NCBI GenBank assembly: GCA_963843845.1 | Contig: CAWJMB010000002.1 | Coordinates: 3,360,001-3,424,000, forward strand | Reading direction: 5' to 3' | Length of the DNA stretch: 64,000 nucleotides | Source of the DNA: an uncultured Gemmatimonadaceae bacterium | GTDB taxonomy: Bacteria > Gemmatimonadota > Gemmatimonadetes > Gemmatimonadales > Gemmatimonadaceae | Shown here: piece by piece, positions 33,857 to 44,722 of the stretch | Numbering within the stretch: position 1 is the first letter of the stretch | Layout: every line of letters starts with the position of its first letter | Translations under genes and position numbers: made by a program | The notes under the pieces: model-generated | What the model was told of the DNA's origin: nothing | The model's database searches: none | What the model saw: the letters and a program-made list of their open reading frames with translations, nothing else

Positions 33857-36162
33857 TCACCGCCATTTGACGATCGACAGCACATCCGTGAAGTCGTCCG
33901 TCCACACCCCCACGTCCCCCCTCGGCGGCAACGGACCCCACCCCCGCTGGCGCGCGAGCGGCCCGAGCAGCGCCGCCCGCCGCCCGAGCACGACCCAGCG
34001 CGACGCGGAGACCATCGGATTCGTTCGCGCCGCGCCGCTGACGTCGTCGCCGACCGCGCCGGCGAGCCGCGCGTCGCGCGCCAGCTCGGCGAGGACGGGG
34101 ATCAGGTCGAGGTAGCGATTGCTGATGTGGACGGCGAGCAGTCCGTCGGGAGCGAGACGCGACAGGTAGAGCGCGAGCGCCTCGCGCGTGAGGAGGTGCG
34201 TCGGGATCGCGTCGGAGCTGAACGCGTCGAGCGCGATCAGGTCGTACGCCGCGGGGGGCGCGTCGGCGAGCCGCAGCCGCGCGTCTCCGACCACGACGTC
34301 GGTCGTCGGCGGGCAGTCGCGCAGGAAGGTGAACAGACGCGGGTCACGTGCGACGCGGACGACGAGCGGATCGATCTCGTAGTACGTCCACCGCTCGCCG
34401 GGCCGTCCCCAGCAGGCGAGCGAGCCGGTGCCGAGTCCGACGACCGCGACGCGCCGGCCGGGGCGCATGATCGACGGCGCCTGGGTGAACAGCGCGCCCA
34501 GCGGCCCGCCGGCGTGGTAGTACGTGATCGGCGTGCGGCGCCACGCGGGCGCGAGATTCTGTGCGCCGTGCAGCGTCGTTCCGTTCTGCAGGTTGTGGTA
34601 GTCGCCGGTCGCGCGCACCACGTACGCGCCGAAGAAGCTGCGTCCGCGAAAGAGCACGTCCCCCATGCGCAGCCGTTGCCCCGCCGTCGCGCCGACGAGC
34701 AGCGCCGTGACGCCGAACGCGTACGCCCACGGACGGCGGCGGAGCGTGAAGCCGATCAGCGCCGCCGGGACGCCCAGCGCGACGGTCGCCGACGTGCGCA
34801 GCGTCGTCGGCACGTCGGCGCGCACGACGACCGACGCGAAGAGCAGCCCGCCGGCCGCGAGCGGTCCGACGACGTGCCAGAGCAGCCGGTCGGCCCGCCC
34901 GCCGCGCGGCGCGCCCTCGGCGATCCGCGTGAAGAAGCGCGGAGTCTGCGACACCGGCTCCTCCCGTCGCGCCGACGAGGCCCAGGCCACCGCCGCGAGC
35001 GCGATCGCGATCGGGTATTCGGCCAGCGTATCGAAGAGCACGGGGGCGACGAGCGCGTTGAACACGCCCCCGGCGAGGCCACCGATCGACACCCAGAGGT
35101 AGAAGGTCGTGAGCTGCGCGGCGGGCGGGCGCCGGTCGGCGAGCGCCTGATGGCAGACGAGCGACGCGACGGCGACGGCGATCACGTGTGTCCCGCCGAT
35201 CGCCCACAGCGGGCGGTTCACGCCGAGCGCGGTGAGCAGCGCGAGCACCGGAAGCAGCGCGGCGAACAGCGTCGTCAGCACGTCGTCGGGGACCCGCGCG
35301 CGCTCCGCGAAGGCGACGACGAACGTCAGCAGGTAGAGCGCGAGCGGCAGCACCCAGAGGAGCGGCACCGGTGCGACGTCGGTCGTGACGTAGCGTGTCA
35401 CGCCGAGCAACAGCGACGAGGGAACGAAGGCGAGCGCGGCCCAGTGCAACCGGTCGCGCGTCGAGCGCCCGGACGCCGAGCGACCGGCCGACTCGGCGCC
35501 CGCCGACTCGGCGCCCGACGTCGACGTGCCGGGCGCAGCACTCCCGGCGGGCGCGGCGCGCGCCGTGAGCCCGACGACCGCCGCGCACGCCGCGAGCGCG
35601 ACGCCGAGCGCGGCGTACGCGCCCCCCACCCCGCGGCCTGCCGCGCGAGGCCGAGGCTCGGCTCGATGAGCAGCGGGTAGCCGACGAGCGCGGCCATGCT
35701 GCCGACGTTGCTCGCCGCGTACAGGAAGTACGGTTCGCCCGCGTGCGGCAGCTCGGCGAACCAGTGTTGGAGCAGCGGGGCGCCGGCGGCGAGGACGACG
35801 AATGGAAGGCCGATCGCGCCTAACAGGAGCACGAGCAGCCACGCGGCCGGAGGCCAGCCGGCCGGTGCCGCGGCGGCGTGAATGGCCGGCGGCAGCACGA
35901 GGAGCGACAGCGCGAACGCGCCGAGGTGCACGACTCCCTGGGCCCGGCGCGAGAGGCGCCGCGTGACGAGGTGCGCGTACAGATACCCGACGAGCAGGAG
36001 CGCCTGGAACGCGACGAGGCACGTGTTCCACACCGACGGCGCGCCGCCGAACAGCGGCAGCACGCGCTTGCTGATGAGCGGCTCGACGACGAACAGCAGC
36101 GCGGCGTTCGCGGCGATCGTGACGACGAAGAGCGGAGTGAGAAGCCGGCGGCTGAAGCGCAC
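33857..36162 (-). CDS. Fused membrane/spermidine synthase-like SAM-dependent protein (frameshift near 35625)
   Basis: Multi-TM N-terminus (GGAPSVWNTC, PYFLYAASNVGS), then VVGLGTGSL, YEIDP, GDAR, LDAFSSD and WTDD. Confidence 0.88.
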
Positions 36163-36265
36163 GCGTGATGCTCGCCGCCGGTCTCCCGCAGGTCAACCGC
36201 GCGCCGCGGTCAGGCGACGCCGACCGACCGGTGACGACGCTGCCGCCACGACGCTGCCGCGACGA

Positions 36266-36874
36266 TCAGGTCACGGCGTTCAGGATCTTCCCGATGATGC
36301 CGCCGATCTGCGGCGACCGCTGGCTCGCCTGGGCGTGCGCCACCTGGGCTTCGCGCTGCAAGACGTCGGGGATCCCGTCGCCGTCGAGGTCGGCGCCGTC
36401 GCTGCCGGCCGGCGCCGCCTGCTGTCGGCGTCGCGCGAGCGCGGCCAGCACGATCGGCGCGAGAACCATGAGCAGCTGCCGGGTCTGGCCCGAGTTCAGG
36501 CCGGACGCCTGTCGCACGCCATCCTCCACGGTCGACTCGTGTCGCCCCAGGATCTGCCCGAGCAGCCCCCCGCCGCTCCCCCCACCTCCGCCCACGCCGC
36601 CGAGCAGCCCCCCGAGTCCGCCGAGGCTCCCGGCGAGCGCCCCGAGACTCCCGAGATCCAGCCCGTCGAGTAGCCCCTGCCGCTCCTGCATCGCTCCGGC
36701 GACCGTCGCGGCACCGCCCGGCTGCTGCGCCGTCTGTGCCATGCCACCGAGCAGCATGGGGAGCGCGGCGTCGACCGCGGACTGCGTTCGTGCGGGGTCG
36801 GCGCCGAGCTGCGAGCTGAGCGCGCGGAGCTGGTCGGGGCCGAGGTGCTGCTGAACGAGATCGAGGAGGCTCAT
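36266..36874 (-). CDS. DUF937 domain protein
   Basis: MSLLDLVQQHLG, ALPMLLGGM, LLGQILG, LAPIVLAAL and a DLDGDG motif. Confidence 0.8.
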   Translation of the reverse strand: MSLLDLVQQHLGPDQLRALSSQLGADPARTQSAVDAALPMLLGGMAQTAQQPGGAATVAGAMQERQGLLDGLDLGSLGALAGSLGGLGGLLGGVGGGGGSGGGLLGQILGRHESTVEDGVRQASGLNSGQTRQLLMVLAPIVLAALARRRQQAAPAGSDGADLDGDGIPDVLQREAQVAHAQASQRSPQIGGIIGKILNAVT

Positions 36875-37112
36875 GACGAGGGGATCGGGTAGCGGGACGA
36901 CGGACTGGTGCGCTCCGGGAAGAATCACGCCGACGTCCCCTTCCCGCGCGGGAAAACGTCCTCGCCGGAGTACGGCGCGGCGCGGCGCTCGGAGCGAAGT
37001 GGCGGTACGACAAGGTGTTACGCGCGTGGTCCGGCACGTATGCCGTTTGCCTTCCTCACGTCCGAGCACGCCGCACTTCGAGCATCGAGCGTGCGAACAC
37101 GCGGGAGGAACC

Positions 37113-37702
37113 ATGATCGCCAGACTTCGTCAGACCGTGCAGGTGGGCGCCGCCATCGCGGCAGCAGCGTCGACAGCCACGCCAGCGATGGCGCAGTGGG
37201 GACGTATCGGCGGGAACCCGAACGCCGGGCGCGGCGAACTGCTGTTCGAGTGGCGCGGGCGCGTCGACCGCGAGACACAGTTGGAGATCGGTCGCAACGG
37301 TGTCGAGGTCCGCGGCATCCAGGGGGAGGAGAGTCGCGGGCGCTTCATCAACCGCGGCGCGCTCCCGCGCGGCAACGGCACGCTGTACATCGAGCGGATC
37401 GACGGGCGCGGCGACATCGACGTGCTGCGGCAGCCGGTGTACGCCAACAACGACGGCACGCGCAACGCTCGCAACGATCGAAACGCTCGCAACGATCTCG
37501 CAACGATCGCAACAGCCGGAACGATCGGTGGGACGATCGGAATGATCGCGGAAACGGGCGGTACAGCTACGACCGTGATGGCGTGATCCGCATTCGCGAC
37601 CCTCGCAGCGGGTCCGACACGTACGCGATCCGTGTGTACTGGCGACCGGACGGCAGCTCGTCGAACGACGACCGCTGGGGGCGGAACGGCCGGCGCTACT
37701 GA
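37113..37702 (+). CDS. Hypothetical secreted protein with R-N-D repeat linker (frameshift near 37497)
   Basis: GGAGG RBS, signal peptide, WRGRVD...GRGDIDVLRQP, and IRIRDPRSGSDTY..VYW in the second frame. Confidence 0.65.
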
Positions 37703-37713
37703 TCCAGGCTGAT

Positions 37714-37796
37714 TCGACAGAAGGAACAGAAGGAACGGAAGGCACGAGCGAACCGCATCGGTGCTCTGCTTCTGTCCCTTCCGTTCCTTCTGTCGA
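37714..37796. repeat. Intergenic ~20-bp inverted repeat built from 9-mer units (hairpin; terminator- or REP-like)
   Basis: tcgacagaaggaacagaagg (37714-37733) pairs with ccttccgttccttctgtcga (37777-37796) at 19 of 20 positions. Confidence 0.75.
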
Positions 37797-37824
37797 CGCT
37801 GCTGCGGAGCCGCGACCCGTCGGT

Positions 37825-37849
37825 ATATTGTTCTTGCGCAGAACAATAT
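37825..37849. promoter_or_regulatory. 25-bp palindromic operator, copy 1 (ATATTGTTCT-N5-AGAACAATAT)
   Basis: Perfect 10-bp arms upstream of the GH28 gene; 22/24 identical to the site at 56285-56308. Confidence 0.8.
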
Positions 37850-37896
37850 CTGCGCTCACTGTTCGACCTTACTCCGCTTCTCTCCGTCCGCCTGTC

Positions 37897-39278
37897 ATGC
37901 TGCGTCGCGCGCGTTGTCTTCCCTTCGTCGCCGCGCTGATCGCCGCGCCCGCGGTCGCCGCGCAGGACTCGCGTACGGTGACCGAGCCGCGCCGCCCCAG
38001 CGCGTGCACGACGCTCACGGCGGCGCTCGTGCCGGTCGGCGACACGACGCTCGCCGACGGCGACGAGCGGCGACTCGACACGGACCGCATCCAGCGCGCG
38101 ATCGACGGCTGCCCGGCGGGACGAGCGGTCGTGCTGCGAACGGCGAACGCCACACGGCGCGCGTTCCTGAGCGGCCCTCTCCGTCTGCGCCCCGGCGTCA
38201 CGCTCGTCGTCGACTCGGGCGCGATGCTGTTCGCGTCGCGCGACCCGCGGCAGTACGAGACGGCGCCGGGAAGCTGCGGCGTGCTCGGCGGGCCGGGGAA
38301 GGGGCGTGGCTGTCGAGCGCTCGTCACGATCGACCGGGCGCACGGCAGCGCGGTCATGGGGCCCGGCACGATCGACGGGCGCGGGTGGGCGAAGACGTTA
38401 GGCGGCGCCGAGTCGTGGTGGGAGCTCGCGCAGCGCGCGCGGACCGGCCCGCCGCAGAACTGCCCGCGCCTCGTCCAGGCGACGAACGCGAACGACTTCA
38501 CGCTCTACAGCATCACCCTCCGCAACTCGCCCAACTTCCACGTCGTGTTCGACCGCGGCGACGGCTTCACGGCGTGGGGGGTGCGCATCTACACGCCGCA
38601 GCCGAACGCCCGCAACACCGACGGCATCGACCCCGCCGGCGCGACGAACGTGACGATCACCGAGAGCTGGATCCTCACCGGCGACGACAACGTCGCGATC
38701 AAGGGGGGAACACGCGCACGTCGAACGTCACCGTGTCGCGCAGCCACTTCTACCGCGGCCACGGCATGTCGATCGGCAGCGAGACGAACGCCGGCGTCGA
38801 CCGGGTCTTCGTCTCCGACCTCACCGTCGACGGCGCGGACAACGCGCTCCGCATCAAGTCGAACGCGTCGCGCGGCGGGCTCGTGTCCAACGTGACGTAC
38901 GAGCGCGTCTGCATCCGCAGGACGAAGGAGCCGATCCTGATGGACACGCACTACGACGCCTCTCCCGAGACGACCGGCGCGCTGATCCCCGTCTTCCGCG
39001 ACATCCTGCTGCGCGACGTCCACGTCGTCGACGGCGGCCGCATCACGCTCGACGGCTACGACGCCGAGCGTCCGCTGGGCATCACGTTCGACGGCGTGTG
39101 GCTCGGCGACGTCGCGAAGACGAAGCTGCGCGCGTCGCACGCGGCCGTGACGCTCGGCGCCGGCTCGACGAACCTCACGATCGCCGGCGACGGCGTGCGG
39201 GTGCAGGGGGCGCCGCTCGCGAGCGCGGTGCCTGACGGTGCGTGCGCCGGCAAGTTCGCTCCGTTCCCCGTTCCATGA
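37897..39278 (+). CDS. GH28 polygalacturonase, secreted (frameshift in the G6 run near 38705)
   Basis: Signal peptide, NTDGIDP, GDDNVAIK, GHGMSIGS and RIKS. Confidence 0.92.
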
Positions 39279-40030
39279 CGCCGCTCGGCGCCGCGCTGCG
39301 ACTGGCGGCCGCGCTCGTCCTGGCCGGGTTCGCGCCGTCGCCGGCCGCGCCGATCGGCGTGTGGCTCATCGGCGACTCGACGATGGCCGACAAGCCGGAC
39401 CCGGAGCACAATCCGGAGCGCGGCTGGGGACAGGCGCTACCGCGATTCTTCGACGACGGCGCCGTCGTGCACAACGCGGCGCGCAACGGACGCAGCTCGC
39501 GGAGCTTCATCGCCGAACGACGCTGGGACTCGGTGCGCACGGCGCTGCGCCGCGGGGACTACGTGCTCATCCAGTTCGGCCACAACGATCAGAAGATCGA
39601 CGACTCGACGCGCTACACGAACCCGTACACGACGTACCGCGAGAACCTGGCGCGCTTCGTCGCCGAGGCGAGAGCAGTCGGTGCGACGCCGGTGGTGTTC
39701 TCCCCGATCGTGCGCCGCCGCTTCAACGCGCACGGCCTGCTCGTCGACACGCACGGCGCGTATCCACTGATCGCCCGCGACGTGGCGCGCGATGCCGGCG
39801 TCGCCTTCGTCGATCTGCGCCGCCTCACCGACAGCCTGGTGGCCAGCGCCGGCCCCGAGCGGTCGAAGGCGTTCTACGTCTACACGACCGCCGGGCAGTT
39901 CCCCGCGTTCCCCGCCGCGCGCGAGGACGACACGCACCTCTCGCCGCGCGGCGCCGACGAGGTCGCGCGACTCGCCGCCCGCGCGGTACGCGCACTCGGC
40001 GGGCCGCTCGCGAGCCACGTCGTGCACTGA
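39275..40030 (+). CDS. Rhamnogalacturonan/pectin acetylesterase (CE12, SGNH)
   Basis: IGDSTM, GWGQ, NGRSSRSF, QFGHND and DDTHLS. Confidence 0.9.
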   Translation: MTPLGAALRLAAALVLAGFAPSPAAPIGVWLIGDSTMADKPDPEHNPERGWGQALPRFFDDGAVVHNAARNGRSSRSFIAERRWDSVRTALRRGDYVLIQFGHNDQKIDDSTRYTNPYTTYRENLARFVAEARAVGATPVVFSPIVRRRFNAHGLLVDTHGAYPLIARDVARDAGVAFVDLRRLTDSLVASAGPERSKAFYVYTTAGQFPAFPAAREDDTHLSPRGADEVARLAARAVRALGGPLASHVVH

Positions 40031-40051
40031 CAGGACACGCTCGGTCCGCGC

Positions 40052-40669
40052 TCAGCTCCGGAAGTCGTTCAGCGCCTCGGCCGCCGCCTTGAAGAAGCGG
40101 TCGACGATCGGCAGCTGCTGGATGAGCGGCGTGGTCGGGTTCAGCTCGTTGTAGACGGCGCGCATCGGCGCCACGTCGCGCGTCTTGCCGCGCGCCTCGC
40201 CGAGCGTCGCGATCGCGCTCGTGGCGGCGCTGAACGCCGCCTTCGCGTCCGCGGCGTGCATGTCGGGCCCGGTGCGCTGCTGCAGGCGGTCGATCGCCAT
40301 GCGCATGCTGTCCGCGTACACGGCGATGGTCGGCGTGCCGCCGGCGACCGCGTCGAGCGCTGCGGCGAGCCGCCGCGTGCCTTCCGCGGTGTACTGGTGC
40401 TGCCCCTCGCTCTCGATCGACGTGTCGCGCTGCTGCGTGAACTGCACGAACTGGTCGATCACCGGGTTCACGCCGCCGGCGGGCGGTGCGGTGGTGGCCG
40501 AGGCGGCGGGGCTCAGCGGCACGTTCGTCGTGTCGCCGGTCGCGACCTGATCGACGCCGCGCGGCCGCAGGAAGAAGTACCAGCCGATGGCCAGCAGCAC
40601 GAGGAGCCCGAGCACCCAGGGGAGCCAGCCGGCTCCCCCCTTCTTTCGCTCGATGGGAATCTGCGCCAT
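40052..40669 (-). CDS. Hypothetical membrane-anchored protein
   Basis: MAQIPIERKK followed by the TM helix WLPWVLGLLVLLAIGWYFF; host-like codon usage. Confidence 0.7.
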   Translation of the reverse strand: MAQIPIERKKGGAGWLPWVLGLLVLLAIGWYFFLRPRGVDQVATGDTTNVPLSPAASATTAPPAGGVNPVIDQFVQFTQQRDTSIESEGQHQYTAEGTRRLAAALDAVAGGTPTIAVYADSMRMAIDRLQQRTGPDMHAADAKAAFSAATSAIATLGEARGKTRDVAPMRAVYNELNPTTPLIQQLPIVDRFFKAAAEALNDFRS

Positions 40670-40859
40670 GACGTGCCTCGCGGAATGACGTGGGTCTGTG
40701 CGGCGCCGGGCCGCAGGAACGCCGGGGGCAACTATCGAGCCGGCACCCACCCGCCGGGCACGTTAGGCACCCTGCACCGCACGTCGTGCGTCCGCCGAGC
40801 GAATCGGCCATGCTCATCGCGGCGCTCGGCGCCGAAGCGGAAGTCGACGCGGCCGCTGG

Positions 40860-41924
40860 TTACCGATCGGCGGACCCACGCGCGCCCCGCATCGGCGACC
40901 AGCCGCTCAGCACGCGCGTCGGCGTGTAGGCGCGCGCGTCACCGTCCGTCATCACGCGCCGCGTCGGGCTCGCGATCGCACCCGGGCCGCTGCTGTTGAA
41001 CTCGAGGAACCGCGCCGCCTCGGGCGCGAACCAGTAGCGCGTGCCGGAGACCGAGTCGACCGACGACATGCGGTCCCACCCCGTCGCGCCGATGTGGTCG
41101 TCCATCCAGCAGTCGACGAACACCGCACTGCCGACCGCGGTCGCGCGGGCGGACGGGTGCCACGGCCGGCCTAACGCGACGCTCCCCGCGGCCATCCCCG
41201 GCGCGCCCTTCTTCAGGCGGCTGCGGACGAACACGAACCCGTACGGCTGCGTGATCTCCGTACTCGGCGCCGCGACGTAGCCGTTGCCGGCGGTCGATCC
41301 CCGGTCGAGCGACACGATGTCGCAGTCGTCGAACACGACCTGCCCCGCACCGAAGATGAAGTCGACCGTCCCGGCGATCTCGGACCCCGCGACGTAGTGG
41401 CGGCCGACGTTCGGAAAGAACGTGTCCTGGTGGCCGAGCAGGCGGACGTCGACGAAGGCGGTGCGGTCGGCGCCGTCGGAGGTCATCACGGCGACGCCCT
41501 GCGTGTTGCGATACTTCGTCGGGTCACCGTCAGCCTTCGCCGCGTTCCCGTCGTAGTCGAACGCGTTCTCGATCGTCAGACGCTCGGCGCGGAAATCCGT
41601 CGCGGCGATGCGCAGCGTGAAGCTGCCGCGCGTGCCGAGCGTGCCGCCGCCCGGCACCGGCGTGTCGCTCGCGGCGTCGTAGGTGAGCACCGTGCCGGCG
41701 CGGCTCTGGCCCAACAGCGTGACGTGCGGGCGGTCGACGGTGAGCTTCTCGCGGTAGCGCCCGTCGCGGACGTAGATGACGAACGCGACGCGGTTCTCGC
41801 CGGGAACGGTGGCGAGCGCGGCGCCGATCGTGTGATAGGTGGGCACGCCGCGCACCGCCGCGCCGTCCTCGCCGGCGTAGCGCGCGTCGACGACGGCCTG
41901 GTACGGCGGGTCGACCGGGGTCAC
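40860..41924 (-). CDS. Pectinesterase (CE8)
   Basis: GRYREKL, QGVAV, GHQDTF, GTVDFIFG and LGRPW. Confidence 0.92.
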   Translation of the reverse strand: MTPVDPPYQAVVDARYAGEDGAAVRGVPTYHTIGAALATVPGENRVAFVIYVRDGRYREKLTVDRPHVTLLGQSRAGTVLTYDAASDTPVPGGGTLGTRGSFTLRIAATDFRAERLTIENAFDYDGNAAKADGDPTKYRNTQGVAVMTSDGADRTAFVDVRLLGHQDTFFPNVGRHYVAGSEIAGTVDFIFGAGQVVFDDCDIVSLDRGSTAGNGYVAAPSTEITQPYGFVFVRSRLKKGAPGMAAGSVALGRPWHPSARATAVGSAVFVDCWMDDHIGATGWDRMSSVDSVSGTRYWFAPEAARFLEFNSSGPGAIASPTRRVMTDGDARAYTPTRVLSGWSPMRGARGSADR

Positions 41925-43090
41925 CTGCCGAGCGTGACCGTGACCGGCGTCGCGAGGCGCTGCGCCGTCGCGTCGAGGAATCGCCACCAGTCGGTGACGT
42001 CGCGGAAGTCGCCGCTGTCCGTCCACCCCGCGGCGACGTAGTTCACGACCGGCACGCCCGACGTCGCGCGGCCGACGGCCAGGTAGTGGTTCCCGGTCTC
42101 CTTCCAGTCGACGAGCCGCGCGCGGTCGACGAGCACCGCGGCGCCTAACGATCCGTGGCCGCCATTCTTCGGAACGACGGGCGCCCACGCGGTCACCCAG
42201 GCCCACGGTCGCGCCTTGCTCATGATGCCGACCGCCGCCGGCTGCTTGAACAGCCCCGTCGCGAACAGGATGTCGCTGCCGTCGGCGGAGCGGAGCGTGC
42301 TCTCGTGGCGGAACCAGTGGTGGCCGGCGTCCTGCGCGACCCGCTTCACCTCGGAGACGGCCGGGCCGGTCCCGGTCGGGTACGGGTCGTATCGCAGCTC
42401 GAACACGGTGCGGATCGGGCCGTTCGCGATGATGCGCCACGCCTTGAAGTTGTCGGCGCGCCAGAGCGAGTCGCCGCGCCAGACGCCGATGCCGCCGGCG
42501 CCGAGCGTCTGGCCGACGTCGTAGAAGTCGGCGCCCTCGCCGGTGTCGACGTGGTAGGCGTCGTGGCCGGACGTGTACCACTTCTCGACGATGAGGCTGC
42601 GCGTGCGCTTCGCCCACACGTCGATGCCGCTGCTCGACATCGCGGACGAGGTCTTCTTGAGCCCCTCGCCGTAGACGCGCCACGCGATGCGGTCGCTCTC
42701 CCACGCGACGTCGTCGCGCGGGTCGTCGTGGCGCGTGAACGCGCGCGGCGCATAGGGCACCGTCGGCGCCGTCGGCTCGACGGTGAAGTCGAGCGCCTCG
42801 TTCGGACGGTAGGTCGCCTGGAAGAGCAGCGCGTCGGGCTGCCCGTCGCCGTCGTCGTCGACGACCTGGCTCGGGATCTCGCGCGCCGCCGCGTCGAGCA
42901 CGCGGACGCGGGCCGGCGCGGCGGCGGCGAGCCGTTGCCGGACGGTCGCCCAGGCGAGCGAGATCGTCTCGTCGCGACGGTCGATGCCCAACGTGTTCTC
43001 GGTCCGGACCGAGAGCGTCGTCGTGCGCTGGGCGAGCGCGAGCGCCGGCGCGCAGAGCGCGAGGAGCGAGGAGCGGAGCGCGAGTCGCAT
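41921..43090 (-). CDS. DUF4861 family secreted protein
   Basis: Signal peptide, RDDVAWESDRIAWRVYG, SSGIDVWAK, YHVDTGEGADFYDVG and GPIRTVFELRY. Confidence 0.82.
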   Translation of the reverse strand: MRLALRSSLLALCAPALALAQRTTTLSVRTENTLGIDRRDETISLAWATVRQRLAAAAPARVRVLDAAAREIPSQVVDDDGDGQPDALLFQATYRPNEALDFTVEPTAPTVPYAPRAFTRHDDPRDDVAWESDRIAWRVYGEGLKKTSSAMSSSGIDVWAKRTRSLIVEKWYTSGHDAYHVDTGEGADFYDVGQTLGAGGIGVWRGDSLWRADNFKAWRIIANGPIRTVFELRYDPYPTGTGPAVSEVKRVAQDAGHHWFRHESTLRSADGSDILFATGLFKQPAAVGIMSKARPWAWVTAWAPVVPKNGGHGSLGAAVLVDRARLVDWKETGNHYLAVGRATSGVPVVNYVAAGWTDSGDFRDVTDWWRFLDATAQRLATPVTVTLGR

Positions 43091-43095
43091 GGTGC

Positions 43096-43920
43096 CTAAC
43101 GGAGCGAGGTGAGGTCGACCGGCTGCATGTCGGCGTAGTCCTGGTTCTCGCCGCCCATGGCCCAGCAGAACGAGTACGCCGTGGTGCCGCACCCGGAGTG
43201 CACGGACCAGCCGGGCGACAGCGCGACCTCGCCGTCGCGCACGATGAGCGAGCGCGTGTCGGTCGGCTCCCCCATGAGGTGCACGACGACGCTGTCGGCC
43301 GGCAGGTCGAAGTAGAGATAGATCTCGGTCCGCCGCTCGTGCGTGTGCGCCGGCATCGTGTTCCACACGCTGCCCGGCTCGAGCGTCGTGACGCCCATGA
43401 CGAGCTGCGCGCTCGGCGGGCCGTCGCGGTGGATGTAGCGACGGATGTGGCGGCGGTTCGCGCGCTCCGCGCCGCCCAGCTCGCCGTGGAACGCCTCGCG
43501 CTCGCGCACGAGCGCCGTCGGATGGCTCGCGTGCGCGGGGTAGCTGACGAGGTAGAAGCGCGCCGGCGTCGTCGCGTCGTCGCTCGCGAACGTCACGTCG
43601 CGACTGCCCCGCCCCACGTACAGCACGTCCCGCGTGCCTACCGGGTACGCCGTGCCGTCGACGGCGACGCTCCCCGCCCCGCCGACGTTCAGCACGCCGA
43701 GCTCGCGCCGCTCGCAGAAGTACTGCGCGAGAATCTCGGGCGGCGCCCCGAGCGCGAGCGGCACGTCGACCGGCACCGCGCCGCCGACGATCACGCGGTC
43801 GAGATCGACCAGCTCGAGCGTGATGGTGCCCGGTGCGAAGATGTCGCGCACGAGGAAGCTCGCGCGGAGGTCGTTGGTGTTCAGCGTCGCCGCGGTACGG
43901 GCGTCTGGCAGGAAGCGCAT
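43096..43920 (-). CDS. kduI: 5-dehydro-4-deoxy-D-glucuronate isomerase
   Basis: ERRELGVLNVGG, WNTMPAHTHERR, SPGWSVHSG and WAMGGENQ. Confidence 0.95.
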   Translation of the reverse strand: MRFLPDARTAATLNTNDLRASFLVRDIFAPGTITLELVDLDRVIVGGAVPVDVPLALGAPPEILAQYFCERRELGVLNVGGAGSVAVDGTAYPVGTRDVLYVGRGSRDVTFASDDATTPARFYLVSYPAHASHPTALVREREAFHGELGGAERANRRHIRRYIHRDGPPSAQLVMGVTTLEPGSVWNTMPAHTHERRTEIYLYFDLPADSVVVHLMGEPTDTRSLIVRDGEVALSPGWSVHSGCGTTAYSFCWAMGGENQDYADMQPVDLTSLR

Positions 43921-43948
43921 CGGTCTTCTTCGGCCTTCGAGTGAAATG

Positions 43949-44722
43949 TCAGCGGGCCATCCACCCGCCGTCGACGACGAGCACGTGCCCCGTCACGTAG
44001 TCGCTCGCGCGCGACGCGAGGAACACGACGGCGCCGGCCAGATCGTTCGGCTCCCCCCACCGCCCCGCCGGAATCCGCGCCGAGATCTCGGCGTGGCGGG
44101 TCGCGTCGGCGCGGAGGCGCTCGGTGTTGTCGGTCGTGAAGTAGCCGGGCGCGATCGCGTTCACCTGCACGCCGTGCCGCGCCCACTCGTTCGCGAGCGC
44201 CTTCGTGAGCCCGGCGATCGCGTGCTTGCTCGCCGTGTAGCCGGGGACCGTGATCCCGCCGCTGAACGAGAGCAGCGACGCGACGTTCACGATCTTGCCG
44301 TGCCCGCGCTCGATCATGCCCCGCCCGACGCGCTGCGAGAGGACGAACGCGGCGTCGAGGTTGGTGCGCAGCACCGCATCCCAGTCGGCGAGCGGGTGGT
44401 CGACGGCCGGGTGACGGCGGATCGTACCGCCGTTGTTGACGAGGATGTCGACGGCGCCGACCTCCCGCTCCACGCGGTCGGCCAGGCGCTCCACGGCGTC
44501 GCGGTCCGCGAGGTCGGCGTCGACCTCCCAGGCGCGCCCGCCGGACGATTCGATCTCGCGCACCGTGTCGGCCGCGCCCCCCGGCCGCGAGCTGGCGCAC
44601 ACGACGTCCGCCCCCGCGCTCGCGAGCGCTCCGGCCATCGCGCGCCCGAGCCCGCGACTCGCGCCCGTGACGAGCGCACGCCGGCCACGCAGCGAGAACA
44701 GCGCCGGCAGCTCCACAGTCAC
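43949..44722 (-). CDS. kduD: 2-dehydro-3-deoxy-D-gluconate 5-dehydrogenase (SDR)
   Basis: TGASRGLG, ASLLSFSGG, YTASK and VDGGWMAR; adjacent to kduI. Confidence 0.9.
   Translation of the reverse strand: MTVELPALFSLRGRRALVTGASRGLGRAMAGALASAGADVVCASSRPGGAADTVREIESSGGRAWEVDADLADRDAVERLADRVEREVGAVDILVNNGGTIRRHPAVDHPLADWDAVLRTNLDAAFVLSQRVGRGMIERGHGKIVNVASLLSFSGGITVPGYTASKHAIAGLTKALANEWARHGVQVNAIAPGYFTTDNTERLRADATRHAEISARIPAGRWGEPNDLAGAVVFLASRASDYVTGHVLVVDGGWMAR

Noticed and set aside
31225..33885. Kinase ATPase domain in frame with the response regulator (hybrid protein)
   Set aside because: A GGAGG RBS and a GTGA overlap at 31923-31926 indicate separate genes; another indel probably put them in frame.
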